Assembly: GCF_963921235.1 (NCBI RefSeq)
Contig: NC_086097.1
Location: 24,492,001 to 24,556,000 of the forward strand
DNA length: 64,000 bases
Direction: 5' to 3'
DNA from: Mobula hypostoma
Taxonomy: Eukaryota
Each line of letters begins with the position of its first letter. Within the stretch, counting starts at the first letter, position 1. Position numbers and translations under genes: made by a program. Below, one piece after another: positions 25,741-38,930 of the stretch. Under the pieces are notes generated by a model. It ran no database searches and was not told where the DNA came from. It saw only the letters and a program-made list of their open reading frames with translations.

Positions 25741-26814
25741 CTATATAAAAAAGTTAAATAAATAATACAAAATAGTGCAAGAATAGTGAAGTAGTGTCCA
25801 TGAGTTCATCTTCTATTCAGAAATCTGATGGTGGAACGGAAGATGATGTTCCTGAAACGTTGAGTGTGTATCTTTGGACTCCTGTACCTCCTCTCTGAGT
25901 AGCAAAGAGGAGAGGGCTTGTCCTGAATGACGAGGATCCTTAATGGTGGATGCTTCCTTCCTGAGGCATCACTTTTAGAAGGCGATGTCGATAGCGGGGA
26001 GGCTGGCTGACCATGGGCAGAATGTCCCCAGTGCTTTTTGAAAGCAAGCCCTTCTTCATGTTCTGCCTCCAGTTATCCAGCTGGATGGTTGTCCCAAAAC
26101 CAAACTGTAAACCAAGTCCAAAAGAATACAGCATACAAATAAAAATCAAAGGAGCGGACTGGGCATTGCGAAGTAGCCAAATGAGAGGGTTTGCTGAATA
26201 TCACTGCAGTAGTTAGGGACTGTTTTCTTTCGTCAGGCAGAAGCAGGCCTGTGGAAAGCAGTGTGCAAGCACCACTTATCGTCGTCCCTATTAACCAGTG
26301 AGGTAAGTTACCAGAACATAACAAGACAAGGATTCATAAGCACAGAATAATATCACTAGGCTGATAAAGTCGGTCCCTTTTTGATAGTCTTCCCAATATT
26401 CTCCAGAATTGCACGTAACTGTCTCCAGAATCCATTTATACTGTCTGCCTCAGTGACATTCTCTGCTAACATATTCTAGACATCTATTCCCCCTTTGGGT
26501 GAAATGTTTCTGCCTGGCTTCCTCTCTTATGCCTCGCATGCTAATTTTAACTCACGTCCTTTGGTATTTGGAGCCACTGCCACTGAGAAGAGTTTCCCGG
26601 ATTAGTTTTGTCCTTTCCCTTCATAAGACGTTTTAATCCAGAGTAGTTTGATTTCTGCACTCTGTGGTGAAAACAAGCAGAGATTACACAACCTTTCCTC
26701 ATACTTTAGTGTCCCCAACACCAACTGTCAGCTCCGTACCTTGCCAGTTCAGCGTACTGAATTTTATTTTTTTAATCTAAAATTATAGTACAAGCACAAA
26801 TCAGTATTTATAAA

Positions 26815-27120
26815 CCCAGAGATTCTGCAGATGCCGAAAACCTTGAGGAACACACACAAAATGCTGGAGGAACTCATCTATCAATGAGGCATCTATATGA
26901 ATGGTCTCTTCATAATCGCAGGGCACTTCGATCATGTTATTCATTGTGGGTTTGCTTTTGTTAGTTTTTTATTGTGTTTTTTATGCTGCATTGGATCTGG
27001 AGTAACAATCATTTCATTCTCCTTTACACTTGTGTACTGAAGAATGGCAATAAACCAACTTGAATCTTGAAATGTTAGATGCTACCTGACCTGCTGAATT
27101 CCTCCAGCATTTTGTGTTTG
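26815..27120. mobile_element. fold-back Penelope-derived element with an unrelated central insert
   Basis: ACACAAAATGCTGGAGGAA at about 26854 and its reverse complement TTCCTCCAGCATTTTGTGT at about 27099. Confidence 0.55.
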
Positions 27121-29472
27121 CCAAACAATATGCTTCTCACGAATACCCCCTCACTCCTATTCAGCTGACCATATTCTTGTCTCCCTCCAATATTGAGCAA
27201 CCTCCTTCATACAATACATGTTCTCTAGCATGTGGCATTTCAAACCTGAGAAAAAGAAGTTTGTCTATCCTATCCATGCTTAAGTTGTGGTACACTTTCA
27301 AAGGAGTTATTCCTCTGATAAAAGGTTGGAGCTAGACCCTTCTGCAAGCCCTGGAAGATCAAAGTGTATCATTGGAAAGATGGGGAAAGGAATATATTCT
27401 GTGTTGGTTTGGTTTCAGTTTTGTTTTTGCCTTTGTTTTCTTATTGTCTCTATGGCCAAGATACAGTGAAAAATACTGGTGTTGGTATTTGTTTAATACC
27501 AATGTAACACATCAGTTGTTATATGTACCAGGATACAGTGTAAAGCTTGCCTTGCATTCTGTTTATACGGATCAAATCAATACACTGTGCATTCAGCTAG
27601 AATAAAGAAAGACAATAAAAATACAAAACAAGTTGTAAAAGCTACAATAAGGTGCAGTGAAGTTCATGATAAAGTGCAAGATCATAATGAGGTAGACTGT
27701 AAGGCCAGAAGTCTATCTTATCGTACAAGACGGTTGGTTGAAAGGGAGCAGATTCTTTGACCTTGACTAAAAATAAAGGTTCTCAGTAAACAGTGTAACA
27801 CAATAACATTGGAAAATAGCAGGAGCAGACCACTCGGCCCCACTATTCACACATCCTCTTCTGTGCTATTTACTGTCATGGAGCCATAGAGCTGTGGAGT
27901 ATGGAGAAACGCCTTTCGGTCCATCTTGCCCATGCTGGCCAGAGTTGTCTAAATTCTGCAGATTTTGCAGATCCCCAAACTTTTAAAATAAAGCATCTAC
28001 ATCCTGTTTAAATATATTCAGTGATGTAGCTTCCACAACCCCTTGGGGTAGGGAATCCCAGACTAACCTCTGTGAGAATAAATTCCTTTCTGAACAGAAT
28101 GGCTGAATGAGACTGCAGAAAGCTGACTGCTTCTGCTGGGAGCTGTATTTCTTGTCTTATCATGGTGTTGACAGTTTGTCATCAAATATGTATCAAGTCA
28201 ACAAATATCTCTGTCAAAAGTCAACTAGGGATCATGCGTACGATTTGGAGCTCAGCATTGCCATGTTCTCTGTCATAGCTACATGGTCCTGCAAGCTACT
28301 GAATATACAGATAACCTTTAACAAGTAGAAACAGGATACAGTGATGTACATGTTCCAGAGCCGACAGGCCAACTCAAGGGGAAAGAGACAGGAGACATGA
28401 GCAAAAATGACAGGCCTTGTGGTCAACAGGGCTGTAAAGAGGCATATGTAACTGTCTAGCAGCAGCAGAGTGTGGGAAATCAAGTAGAGATCAAACTCAG
28501 ATGACCATCACATTCACAGATACTGCTTTTGTTTCTTTGGTGTGAAGCTCCAGCCCTGCCTGAGGACCCAGTCGCCTCAGAGTGTGAAGATGGCAGCATC
28601 TGCGCAGGGGAAGATGACTAAGTCATTTTTCCCCGCAAGCTTCATGACTCTTTCAAAGGACCAGCATAAGTACGATGGGCCAAATGACCTTATTCTGTTT
28701 GCTGTCAATCTTCAATTCTGTTTATCCTTTCCTTTTTTTTTAAATGTTTTCCTGCAGTATCAATAGATATTGCAATATATACAGACAGGCACATTGGTGA
28801 TAGCAAAATGACAGGCTCTGCAGGAGGGAAGGGTTAGATTGATCTCAAAGGCTGGCACAATATTATGTTCCAAATGGCCTGAAATGTGCGGTAGTGCTCA
28901 ATGTTCTATTTGGAGGAGCTCCTTGCTGGAGTACAAGACAACATCATTTTTATTTTCATTTTACTGATACAGTGTGGATTAGGCTGACCCAGCCCTTCAA
29001 GTCGTACTGCCCATCAATCCCCCGATTTAGTCCTAACCTAATCACAGGGCAATTTACAATGACCAATGAACCTACCACCTGGTATACCTGTGGACTTCGG
29101 GAGGGAAACAGAGCACGTGGAAGAAACATGTGGTCACGGGGAGAACGTACAAACTCCTTACAGGCAGCAGCGGGAATTGAACCCATGTCATTGATATTGT
29201 AAAGCACTGTGCTAACCACTATACTAATGTGCCACCACATTTAATTTAAGCCACATTTATATTAAATCCTGTTTAGATTGTACAGGAGCATTTTAAACAA
29301 TGTTAGGAAGAATATACAGGCTTGTGGTTTGTTATTCTGTTTTCATATACACCATGACAAAGCCAAAGTCAAGTTTATTGCTGTGTGTATGAACACGTGT
29401 ATGCAGAGGTGCAATGGAAAACTTACTCGCAGCAATATCATATAGAGGCAGAACATTCACAAGAAAAAGCTC

Positions 29473-29905
29473 AAAGTTCAGAGTAAATTCATTATCAAAG
29501 TACATATCTGTCAACATACACAACCCTAAGAATTGTTTTCTTGTGGGCTTACTCAATAAATCCATAATAGAATTAATGAAAGACCGCACCAACTTGGCAT
29601 TCAGCCAGTGTGCAAAAGACAACAAACTGTGCAAAGAAGAGAAAGAAATAATAATAATAATAATAAATAAATAAGCAATAAATATTGAACGTGAAATGAA
29701 GATTTCTTGAAAGTGAGTCCATAGGTTGTAGGAACATTTCAATGATGAGGCAAGTGAAGTTGAGTGAAGTTGTCCCCTCCGATTCAAGAGCCTGATGGTT
29801 GAGGGGTAATAACTCTTCCTGAACCTGGTGATGTGAGTCCTGAGGCTCCTGTACCACCTTCCTGATGGCAGCAGTGAGAAGAGAGCATGGCGTGGATGGT
29901 GGGGT
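29473..29905 (-). mobile_element. Rex1/Babar-derived 3' fragment
   Basis: HHPRHALFSLLPSGRWYRSLRTHITRFRKSYYPSTIRLLN and a CTTTGA tail. Confidence 0.7.
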
Positions 29906-30151
29906 AATTTTCTATACAAAATAACAGATGAAAGAACACTATTAGAACAATAAAAAACAAAGCCCAATGAAATGCTAAGTGGTCATATGTGACAAAACTG
30001 AAGTATTGATTGGGATTCTGCAGGCAACGGTTACCAAGTAAATGCAGTGCAGGTAAACAATCATGTGCAAACTCATGTCAAGGTAGATTAAGAGGTCAAA
30101 AATCCATCCTATCATACAATGGGTCCATTCGAGTCTGACAACAGTGGGATA

Positions 30152-30594
30152 ACAGTAGCAGACACCAACAGAATCAAAAATCTCATTTGTAAGGCAAGTG
30201 ATGTTGTGGGGATGGAACTGGACTCTCTCACGGTGGTGTCTGAAAAGAGGATGCTGTCTAAGTTGCAACCATCTTGGTCAATGTCTCCCATCCACTACAT
30301 AATGTACTGGTTGGGCACAGGAGTACATTCAGCCAGAGACTCATTCCACCGAGATACAACACAGAGCGTCATAGGAAGTCATTCCTGCCTGTGGCCATCA
30401 AACTTTACAACTCCTCCCTTGGAGGGTCAGACACCCTGAGCCAATAGGCTGGTCCTGCACTTATTTCATAATTTACTGGCATAATTTGCATATTACTATT
30501 TAACTATTTATGGTTTTATTACTATTTATTATTTATGGTCAACTGTAATGAAAACCAATTTCCCCCGGGATCAATAAAGTATGACTATGACTAT
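30152..30594 (+). mobile_element. young Rex1/Babar-like 3' fragment, (ATGACT)n tail
   Basis: ADTNRIKNLICKASDVVG...SHPLH...RHRKSFLPVAIKLYN; AATAAAGTATGACTATGACT end. Confidence 0.8.
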
Positions 30595-30704
30595 AAAATC
30601 TGTCCTTGAGCTGAGCGGTATGTGCTTTCCGGTTTACATGCTTCATCATCTACTGATCTTTAATCGTGGAGGGATTTGGGGTGTGGGCAGAGAGGTGTGC
30701 AGAC

Positions 30705-31510
30705 CTAGTGTCATACAGCATGACAGCACAGAAACAGGCTCTTCAGCCCGTCTAGTCCATGCTGAACTATTATTTCGCCTAGTCCCATTCAACCGAAGCA
30801 CAGCCCCCCATTTATTCCATTCCAGGTACCTTTGCAAATTTCTCTTCAATGTTAAAGTTGAGCCCTCATCCACTACTTCTACTGACAGCTTATTTCCCAC
30901 TCTCAGCACCCTCTGAGCAATGAAGCTCCCAATCATGGTTCCCTTAAACATTTCACCTTTCTTCCTTAACCCATGACCTCTAGTTCTAGTCTTATCCAAC
31001 CTCAGTGGAAAAGGCCTGTTTGCATTTGCCCTATCTATACCTATCATAATTTTATATACTTCTGTCAAATCTCCCCTCAATCTCCTATGCTGTAAGGAAT
31101 ATTCAACCTTTCCCTATAACTCAAGTGCTTAAATCCTGGCAAAATTCCTGTAATTATTATCTGCACTTTTTCAATCTTATTGATATCTTTCCTCTAGGTG
31201 GGTGACTAGAACTGCATACAATGCTCCAAATTAGGCCTCACCAAAGTCTAATACAACTTCAACATAACATCCCAACTCCATAAATCGAAGTATTGAATCC
31301 AGAAGGCCAATGTTCCAAAAGCTCTCTTTATGAAGTTAGCAATCTGTGACACGAACTTTCAAGGACCTATAGATTTTTATTCACAGATCCCTCTGTTCTA
31401 CCACACTCCACAGTGCCCTACCCTTCACTGTGTAAGTTCTACCCTGGTGTGTCCTCCCAATGTGCAACCCTTCACACTTGTCTGCATTAAATTCCATCCG
31501 CCATTTTCAG
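30705..31510 (-). mobile_element. CR1 3' portion
   Basis: RGDLTEVYKIM...TRTRGHGLR on the minus strand. Confidence 0.8.
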
Positions 31511-31534
31511 CTAAATGGTGTAGTTCTACATTAC

Positions 31535-32025
31535 TTGCACTTGGTGGCCATGTTATTATCTACACCGGCTCGTTAATGTAAATATCTAATCAGCCAATCA
31601 TGTGGCAACATCTCAATGATTAAATGCTTGCAGATATGATCAAGAGGTTCAGTGGTTGTTCAGTCTAACCATGAGAATGGAGCAAAAATATGATCTAAGT
31701 GACTTCATCCATGGTGCCAGACAGGGTGGTTTGAGTATTCTAGAACCTGCTGATCTTGTGGAATTTTCTTGCACAATAGTTTATAGAGTTTAGAGAGAAT
31801 GGTGGGGGAAAAAAAAATAAACATCCAATCAGTCAGAAGCAATTCTGGTGGGTGAAAATGCCTTGTTAATGAGAGAGGTCAGAGGAGAATGGCCAGACTG
31901 GTTCAAGCTGACAGGAAGGTGACAGTAACTCAAATAACCACACGTTACAACAGTGATGTGCAGAAGAGCATCTCTGAATGCACAACACGTCAAACCTTGA
32001 TGTGATAAGCGAGAGCAGAAGTATA
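31535..32025 (+). mobile_element. Tc1-derived element
   Basis: Same sequence family as 8835-9360. Confidence 0.7.
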
Positions 32026-32894
32026 TTCACTTCTCTGTAATGACCCCCTTGGTCTGGCTCTTGGCATTAACATGAACTGCAGACAACCTTTTGCTTACGA
32101 TGATTCATGGGAGAAATAAAATGCATCTCTCCTCCCAATAGTTAACCAGGAGTGGTAACACTGGCTTGTTTCAGTTACTGTAGTTTCATTACATTTCACT
32201 TTCATTATGATATATTGACTTATACACTGAAATAGATCACTAGATATTTAGACAGATGTACTCATTCAAATGTGATATTAATGGTACATCAGTGGTTAAT
32301 TCTGCACTGTGCCTAGTGTTTATATATTAAATACTTCAATATCAATGCCCTTTAGCAGCAGAGAGCTGAATTCACTTAATTTTAAATTGAACAATTGCAA
32401 TAAAATAAAGTGAGCAAGTTGACATGAAGATAGAATTATTGAGTGCTCACATACCCATTAATAAATCTTTTCAATTTTCCAGTCATGTTTTTGAGCTACA
32501 AATGGTCTTGCCTGAAAGAGTAGAATTCTCACAAGTGGCATGTTTAACAGCAGAATCTGGTACCGGGGTCGACAGGATTAAAAATTATGATGAGAGGTTA
32601 TATAATCTGATTTCCTGTTTTTTTTTGGACAGATTGAGGTGATTATTTGCATCGATCAGATAGATGGAGGAAAAAAACAGTTTTCTTGATGTGGGTGGGT
32701 ACAGGAGAGAGAGGTAGACCAAATTGGATCAAACCACTGGAGGAACTCAGGGTCAGACAGCATCTGTGGAGGAAAATGCACCGTCAATACTTCAGGTTGA
32801 GACTCTTCATATAGACTGGAAGAGCAGGGGTAGATAGCCAGGATAACAAGGTGACAGGCAGTGGTGGAGCAGGAGCTGGCAAGCCACAGATGGA

Positions 32895-33102
32895 CCAAGA
32901 GATTCTGCAGATGCAGGAACTCCAGAGTAACGCACACAAAATGTTGGAGGAACTCAGCAGGTCAGACAGCATCTTTGGAGAGGAATAAACGATTGATGTT
33001 TGGTTTAAGACCCTTCATCAGGGCTAGGTCATGACGTGAAACAATGGCTGTATGTTCTTCTTCATAGATGCTGCCTGACCTGATGAGTTCCTCCAGTATT
33101 CT
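32895..33102. mobile_element. fold-back Penelope-derived element
   Basis: TGGAGGAACTCAGCAGGTCAGACAGCATC ... GATGCTGCCTGACCTGATGAGTTCCTCCA inverted arms, with a degenerate hammerhead (CTGATGAAGGGTC on the minus strand) at the centre. Confidence 0.7.
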
Positions 33103-33121
33103 AAGTGACAGATGGGTCCAT

Positions 33122-33995
33122 GTTCAAAGTTCAAAGTTCGAAGTAATTTTATCATCAAAGTACATATATGTATGTACATATATGCTACCCTGAGATTCAT
33201 TTTTGTGGGCATTCACAGTAAATATAAAGAGTCACCATACAATCAATGAAAGGCTGCACACAAAGACAGACAAACAACCAGTATGTAAAAGACAAAAAAT
33301 TGTGCAAATACAAAAACAAAATAACAATAAATAAACAAATAAATAAATAATATTGTGAACTTGAGTTGTAGAGTCCTTGAAAGTGAGTCCATAGGTTGTG
33401 GAATCAGTTCAGAGATGGGGTGAGTGAAGTTATCCACACTGGTTCTGGTACCTGATGGTTGAGGGGTAATAACTGTTTCTGAACCTGGATGGTGGGGGTC
33501 CTTGATGATAGACGCTGCTTTCCAGACACAGTTGTGCTCAATGGTAGGGAAGACTTCACCTGTGCTGGACGGGGCTGTATCCACTATTTTTGTAGGTTCT
33601 TCCATTCAAGGGGTTTGGGTTTTTCACACCAGGTTGTGATGCAACCAGTCAGTATACTCTCCACCATGCATATACAATATGAAGGTTCGTCAAAGTTTTA
33701 GATGACATGCAGCATCTTCACAAACTATTAAGAAAGTAGAGGTGCTGCCACGCCTTCTTTCCGACGACACTTATGTGCTGGCCCCAAGACAGATTATCTG
33801 AAGTAATAACACAGAGGAATTTAAAGTTATTAACCCTGTCCTCCTCTAATCCCCAAATGAGGACTGGCTCTTGGATACCTGGTTTCCTCCTCCTGAAGTC
33901 GATAATCAACTCTTTGGATTTTGCTGATGTTGAGGGAGAGTTTGTTGTTGTGACATCTTCCATTCAGATTTTCTACCTCCCTCCTAAATGCTAAA
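33122..33995 (-). mobile_element. Rex1/Babar-like LINE 3' portion
   Basis: KSKELIIDFRRRK...FKFLCV.TSDNLSW.QHI; IIKDPHHPG; (CTTTGAA)n tail. Confidence 0.75.
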
Positions 33996-34980
33996 TTGTC
34001 GTACAAGACCATGATGCAACCAGTCAGGATTTTTTTTCTAAAGCACTTTGGTAGAACTTCGTTGGCGTGTTCAGGGGCATGTTGAACTTCTTTAACCTTC
34101 TACGAAACCAAAGACGCTGGTTTGACGTCCTTGTGACTATGTTATACTGTGGTCCCGTTGTATCCTTTGTGTCTTTCCCTCCGTCAGTCTCACTGAAACG
34201 CAGTCCAGGTCATCTCATTGATGTTGGACAAATCCCACAGGGCATAAAGTGGCTGTTGTGTTTTCTATGTTGTGAGACTGATTACACATTAGAATCAGTT
34301 CATTGACTGCAGAGAGCTTTGGGATGTCGTAAATGTCTATAGAAATGCAAGCCTTTCTTTATTTGCACGCCCCTGTGATTTTGCCTACAAAAAAAAATCA
34401 AAGTAATTGCAATCTCGGGTAGTATTTAGGAAAAGCGCTCTGTGACATCTGCTGATGGAATTTCAATATGGCACAGCACTTTGATCTTTAGGGTTGCCAG
34501 AGACTGCAGGCTTCATTATAACAGCCCTCAGAGCTACTCTGTGCAATCTTGCACACGGACATCACATGAAAATGTCCCATAAATTATAGAACAAAATACT
34601 CAGCCAGCAAAGGAAAGCCATTTTGGACGAGTGCTGTAATACCGAGGGCTTTCTGATGATGTGGTTTGGCTGATGCTGATCTGCCAGCTGAAGAAACGTA
34701 AGGAAATGAAGTCTGGAGCATTTAGACTGTGGAACTACGATGAAGCAGCCTTCTTATATCTACGTCACACTTATTGTAATTCCTTTAATCTGACAAAATT
34801 TACAGCCTGATTATCTGACTTTGGGGGCTTCAGCCAGGGGGAAGAGATTTAAAAGGAGCTGAGGAGCAACTTCTTCATACAAAGGGTAGTGTGTATTTTT
34901 TGCTTTTTTCTTTAGAGAAACTGTAGAGCATGGTAACAGGCCCTTCTGGCCCACTGAGTCCATAATGTCCCATTATACAC

Positions 34981-35319
34981 AGTCATAGTCATAGTCATAC
35001 TTTATTGATCCTGGGGGAAATTGGTTTTCGTTACAGTTGCACCATAAATAATAAATAGTAATAAAACCATAAATAGTTAAATAGTAATATGTAAATTATG
35101 CCAGTAAATTATGAAATAAGTCCAGGACCAGCCTATTGACTCAGGGTGTCTGACCCTCCAAGGGAGGAGTTGTAAAGTTTGATGGCCACAGGCAGGAATG
35201 ACTTCCTATGACGCTCTGTGCTGCATCTCGGTGGAATGAGTCTCTGGCTGAATGTACTCCTGTGCCCACCCAGTACATTATGTAGTGGATGGGAGACATT
35301 GTCCAAGATGGCATGCAAC
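34981..35319 (-). mobile_element. young Rex1/Babar-like 3' fragment, near-identical to 30260-30594
   Basis: (AGTCAT)3 tail, HAILDNVSHPLH...SFLPVAIKLYNSS; inserted in a SINE, with TTATAC near both ends. Confidence 0.8.
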
Positions 35320-35849
35320 TTATACCCACGTGACCAATTAACCTACTGACCGGTATATCTTTGGAATGTGGGTGAAAGCAGGGAACCTGAAGGAAACTCA
35401 CGCTGTCATAGGGGGAATGTATACATTTCTTACCGAGAGCGGCAGAATGGAACCCAGGCGCTGGGGCTGTAGTGGCATTCTGCTAACCGCTGCACTACCG
35501 TGTCACCAGCCAGGGAAAGTGGCTGAGGCAGGTACAATGGCAACATTAAAAAGACTCATGGACAGGTACATGAGAGGAAAGGTTTAGAGAGATATGTGTC
35601 AAATGCAGGCAAATGGCACTAGTTTAGATAGCCATATTTGTTGACATGGACGAGTTGGGCTGAAGAGACTGTTTTAAGGATGTATTACCCCATGACTCCG
35701 TGGCCAAGAGATGTGAAAGAGTTAGATTAGAAAGAGTTAGATTTGCAAGAGGAAAGAGAGAGAGAGGAAGTGTTGGTGAGGGATAGAGAGGGAAATTCTT
35801 AGTAGTTGAAGGCACAGCTGACATTGATGGAGAGATTAAAGTTAAGGGG

Positions 35850-36400
35850 GAGTTGAGTTCAAGAGCCACGAGGTAATGTTGCAGCTCTATAAAACTGGCT
35901 GTCTCACACTTGGAGTATTGTGTTCAGTTCTGGTTACCTCATTATAGGAATAATATGGAAGCTTTAGAGAGAGTGCAGGGGAGATTTACCAACATGTTGC
36001 CTGGATCAGAAAGCATGTCTTATAAAGAAAATCTGAGCAAGCTAGGACTTCTCTCTGTGGGGTGAAAGACGATGAAAAGTGAAGATAAAGATGTATAAGA
36101 TTAGAGGCATTGGTAGAGTGGATGGAAATGCCCTTTTCCCAAGACAGAAATGGCTAATATGTCACAACTTAACTTTAAAGAGATTGGAGGGAAGTATGGA
36201 AGAATATCAGAGGTATATTTTTTCACACAGAGAGTGGTGGGAGCATGGAACAAACTTCCAGGGTGTGGTAGAAGCAGATAAGTTAGAGATGTTTAGGAGA
36301 TTCTTAGATAGGCTTATGGATGATAGAAGAATGGAGGGCTATGTGGGAGGGAAAGGGTAGATTGATCTTAGAGTGGGTTAAAAGGTTGGTACAACATTTA
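35850..36400 (+). mobile_element. CR1 3' fragment
   Basis: HLEYCVQFW.PHYR..MEALERVQ.RFT.MLPG. Confidence 0.75.
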
Positions 36401-37524
36401 TGACCCTTCCATCATCAGGCTCCTGAACCTGTGTGGATAACTCCACTTTCAAGAACTCTACAACTCCCACATTCACATTGTTTTGTGTCTATTTATTTAT
36501 TTGTTTGTTTGTATTGACACCGTTTGTCTTCTTTTGAACATTGGTTATTTTTCTATTTTTCGGAGTGATTTTTCATTGATTTCCACTGTCTTTCTTTTTT
36601 TGCCTGTAACTGCCTGTAAGAAAATGAATCTCAGGATAGTATATGGTGACATCTACGTACTTGATAATAAAATTACTTTGAACTTTGAACTACATAAAAG
36701 GAAGCATGTCAAAAATAGGAAAGACATAAACCACTAGATGTCAGCGGTACCTGGATACCAGTTTATTGGTCATTGTCAAGACAAAGGATGACACTTCAGT
36801 AACGAGTGAATGACAAGAAATTGCTGATGAGATGTGAAATCTGAAACCAGGATGTGTGGGAACTGAATTTCAAGAACAGCAACTTGATGAACCTGACTAG
36901 AGATGGACAAACTGTGGTGACTGCTTCCTGTATTAGATTCATAGAGCACAGAAACAGGCCCTGACAGGTTTTTGACTGGTCAGGATCATCAAAGGTTATG
37001 GCGAGAAGGCAAGAGAGTGGGGTTGAGAGAGATGATAAATTAGTTATGATGAAATGGCGGAGAAGACCCGATGGGCTGAATGGCTTAATTCTGCTCCTAT
37101 GTCTTATGGTCTTACGGCCCTTCAGCCGATTGAACTCCTTGATGTCATTTATATACACCCCACATTCCCACCAACTCCTCCCGGCTTCAACCCCTCACCA
37201 GCACACAAGAGGCAACTTACGTTGTCCAGTTAACCCACCAAACCGAATGCCCTTGAGTCGTGGGAGGAAACTTGAGCATTTTGGGATACCCAGGCAATCA
37301 CAAGAAGAACATGCCAACTCCACACGAACAGCACCTGAAGTCAGGTTTGAACCCTGATCATTGGAGGTGTGAGGCATTCAGCTCTACTAGGTGTGTCACT
37401 GGCCTATTCCTTTGATGCTGTAACTAATCTATGACTCTATGATGCTTCTGCATTGCCAAGAAGAGCCTGCTTTGTTCAGAAATTTGGCGTTTTGTAGAAC
37501 AAAGATGCAAGATTGAACCTTTCA

Positions 37525-37715
37525 GTTTGTCCTTCTTCCCCTCCCCACCTCTTATTCTGGCATCTTCCCCCTTCCTTTCCAGTCCTGACGAAATGTCTCC
37601 GCCCAAGATATCAGCTCTTGATTCCTCCCATAGAGGCTGCCTGACCTGCAGGGCTCCTCCAGCATTTTATGTGAGTTGCACTGGATTTCCAGCATTTGCA
37701 GAATCCCTTGTGTTT
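37525..37715 (+). mobile_element. Penelope 3' terminal fragment with a degenerate hammerhead
   Basis: CAGTCCTGACGAAATGTCTCCGCCCAAGAT...GCTGCCTGACCTGC...CTCCAGCATTTT; homologous to 1730-1866. Confidence 0.6.
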
Positions 37716-38344
37716 ACATGATCGGAAAGCCACAACGTGATTCCTGCCGGGACGCCCCACATCACACTGTGTGTGTGCGGCAGCTTCACAGGCAAAGTGC
37801 GTAACCAATGCGATTCTACACAGGGGCCACGTCCTGCCCTGATCAATAGTTCAAATATGCCCATGGTAATCTCAGATTTCGAACAAGGGTGAAAGAGTGA
37901 GAGAGAAGCAGAGAAGGGGAAGGAAAGAGAGGGATGCTAGCTCACTCACAGCTTAAGAAATATTCACGCTGCACCTTGTGTTATTAAATGCAAAATATTG
38001 CTGATTAAGCATTTGGGGTGAGACACTCAATGTCTCTCCAGTCTTTGCTGTAACACATGTCTGAATAATCCATTACATTTAAAATCAGGTAACCAATGAA
38101 GCCCGGCACTTAATGAAAAGAATTCATTACATGTTGCTTTGTGCCACTAAGAATCTATTTCATCGATTCACATAATGCAGTGAAAGTGGACCAAATCAAT
38201 GCTATTAAATAAAACAGCAACAGATAAGGAAGATTAATTGCTTGATTGGCTGTATGCTCCACAGAATCCTAGCCTGGTCCAAAGGATAATGACCACCTTT
38301 GGGTTCAGGGATATAGCTCTTCTTCAGGTCAACTTGGCAATGAG

Positions 38345-38930
38345 AATTTCTTCCTAGTATGTAAAAGCAAGGACGTAATGCTGAGCCTTTATAAGGCAAT
38401 GGTCAGATTGCACTTGAAGCATTGTGAGCAGTTTTAGGCCCCTTGTCTAAGAAAAGACGTGCTGGCATTGGAAAGGGTCCAGAGGAGGTTCACGAGAATG
38501 ATCCCAGGAATGAAAGGGTTAACATATGAGGAGCATTTGATAGTACTGGGCCTGCACTCACTGGAGTTGAGAAGATTGAGAGTGGATATCATTGAAAGGC
38601 GTAGATAGAATTGATGAAGAGAGAAAGTTTCATATAGTAGGACCAGAGGGCACAGCCTCAGAATACAATCCTGTCCATTTAGAACTGAGATGAGGAGGAA
38701 GTTTGTTAGTTAGAGGGTGGTGAATCTGTGGAATTCATTACTACACACAACTGTGGAGGCCAAGTCATTAGGTATATTTAAAGCAGATGTTAATAGATTC
38801 TTGATTAGTCAGGGCATCAAAGGCTATGGAGAGGAGGCAGGAAAATTGAATTGAGAGAGATTATAAATCAGTCACGATTGAATGAAGGAGCAAACTCGAT
38901 AGGCCAATGGCCTAATTCTGCTCCCCACAG
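38345..38930 (+). mobile_element. CR1 3' fragment
   Basis: KSKDVMLSLYK...RKDVLALERVQRRFTRMIPG. Confidence 0.75.
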
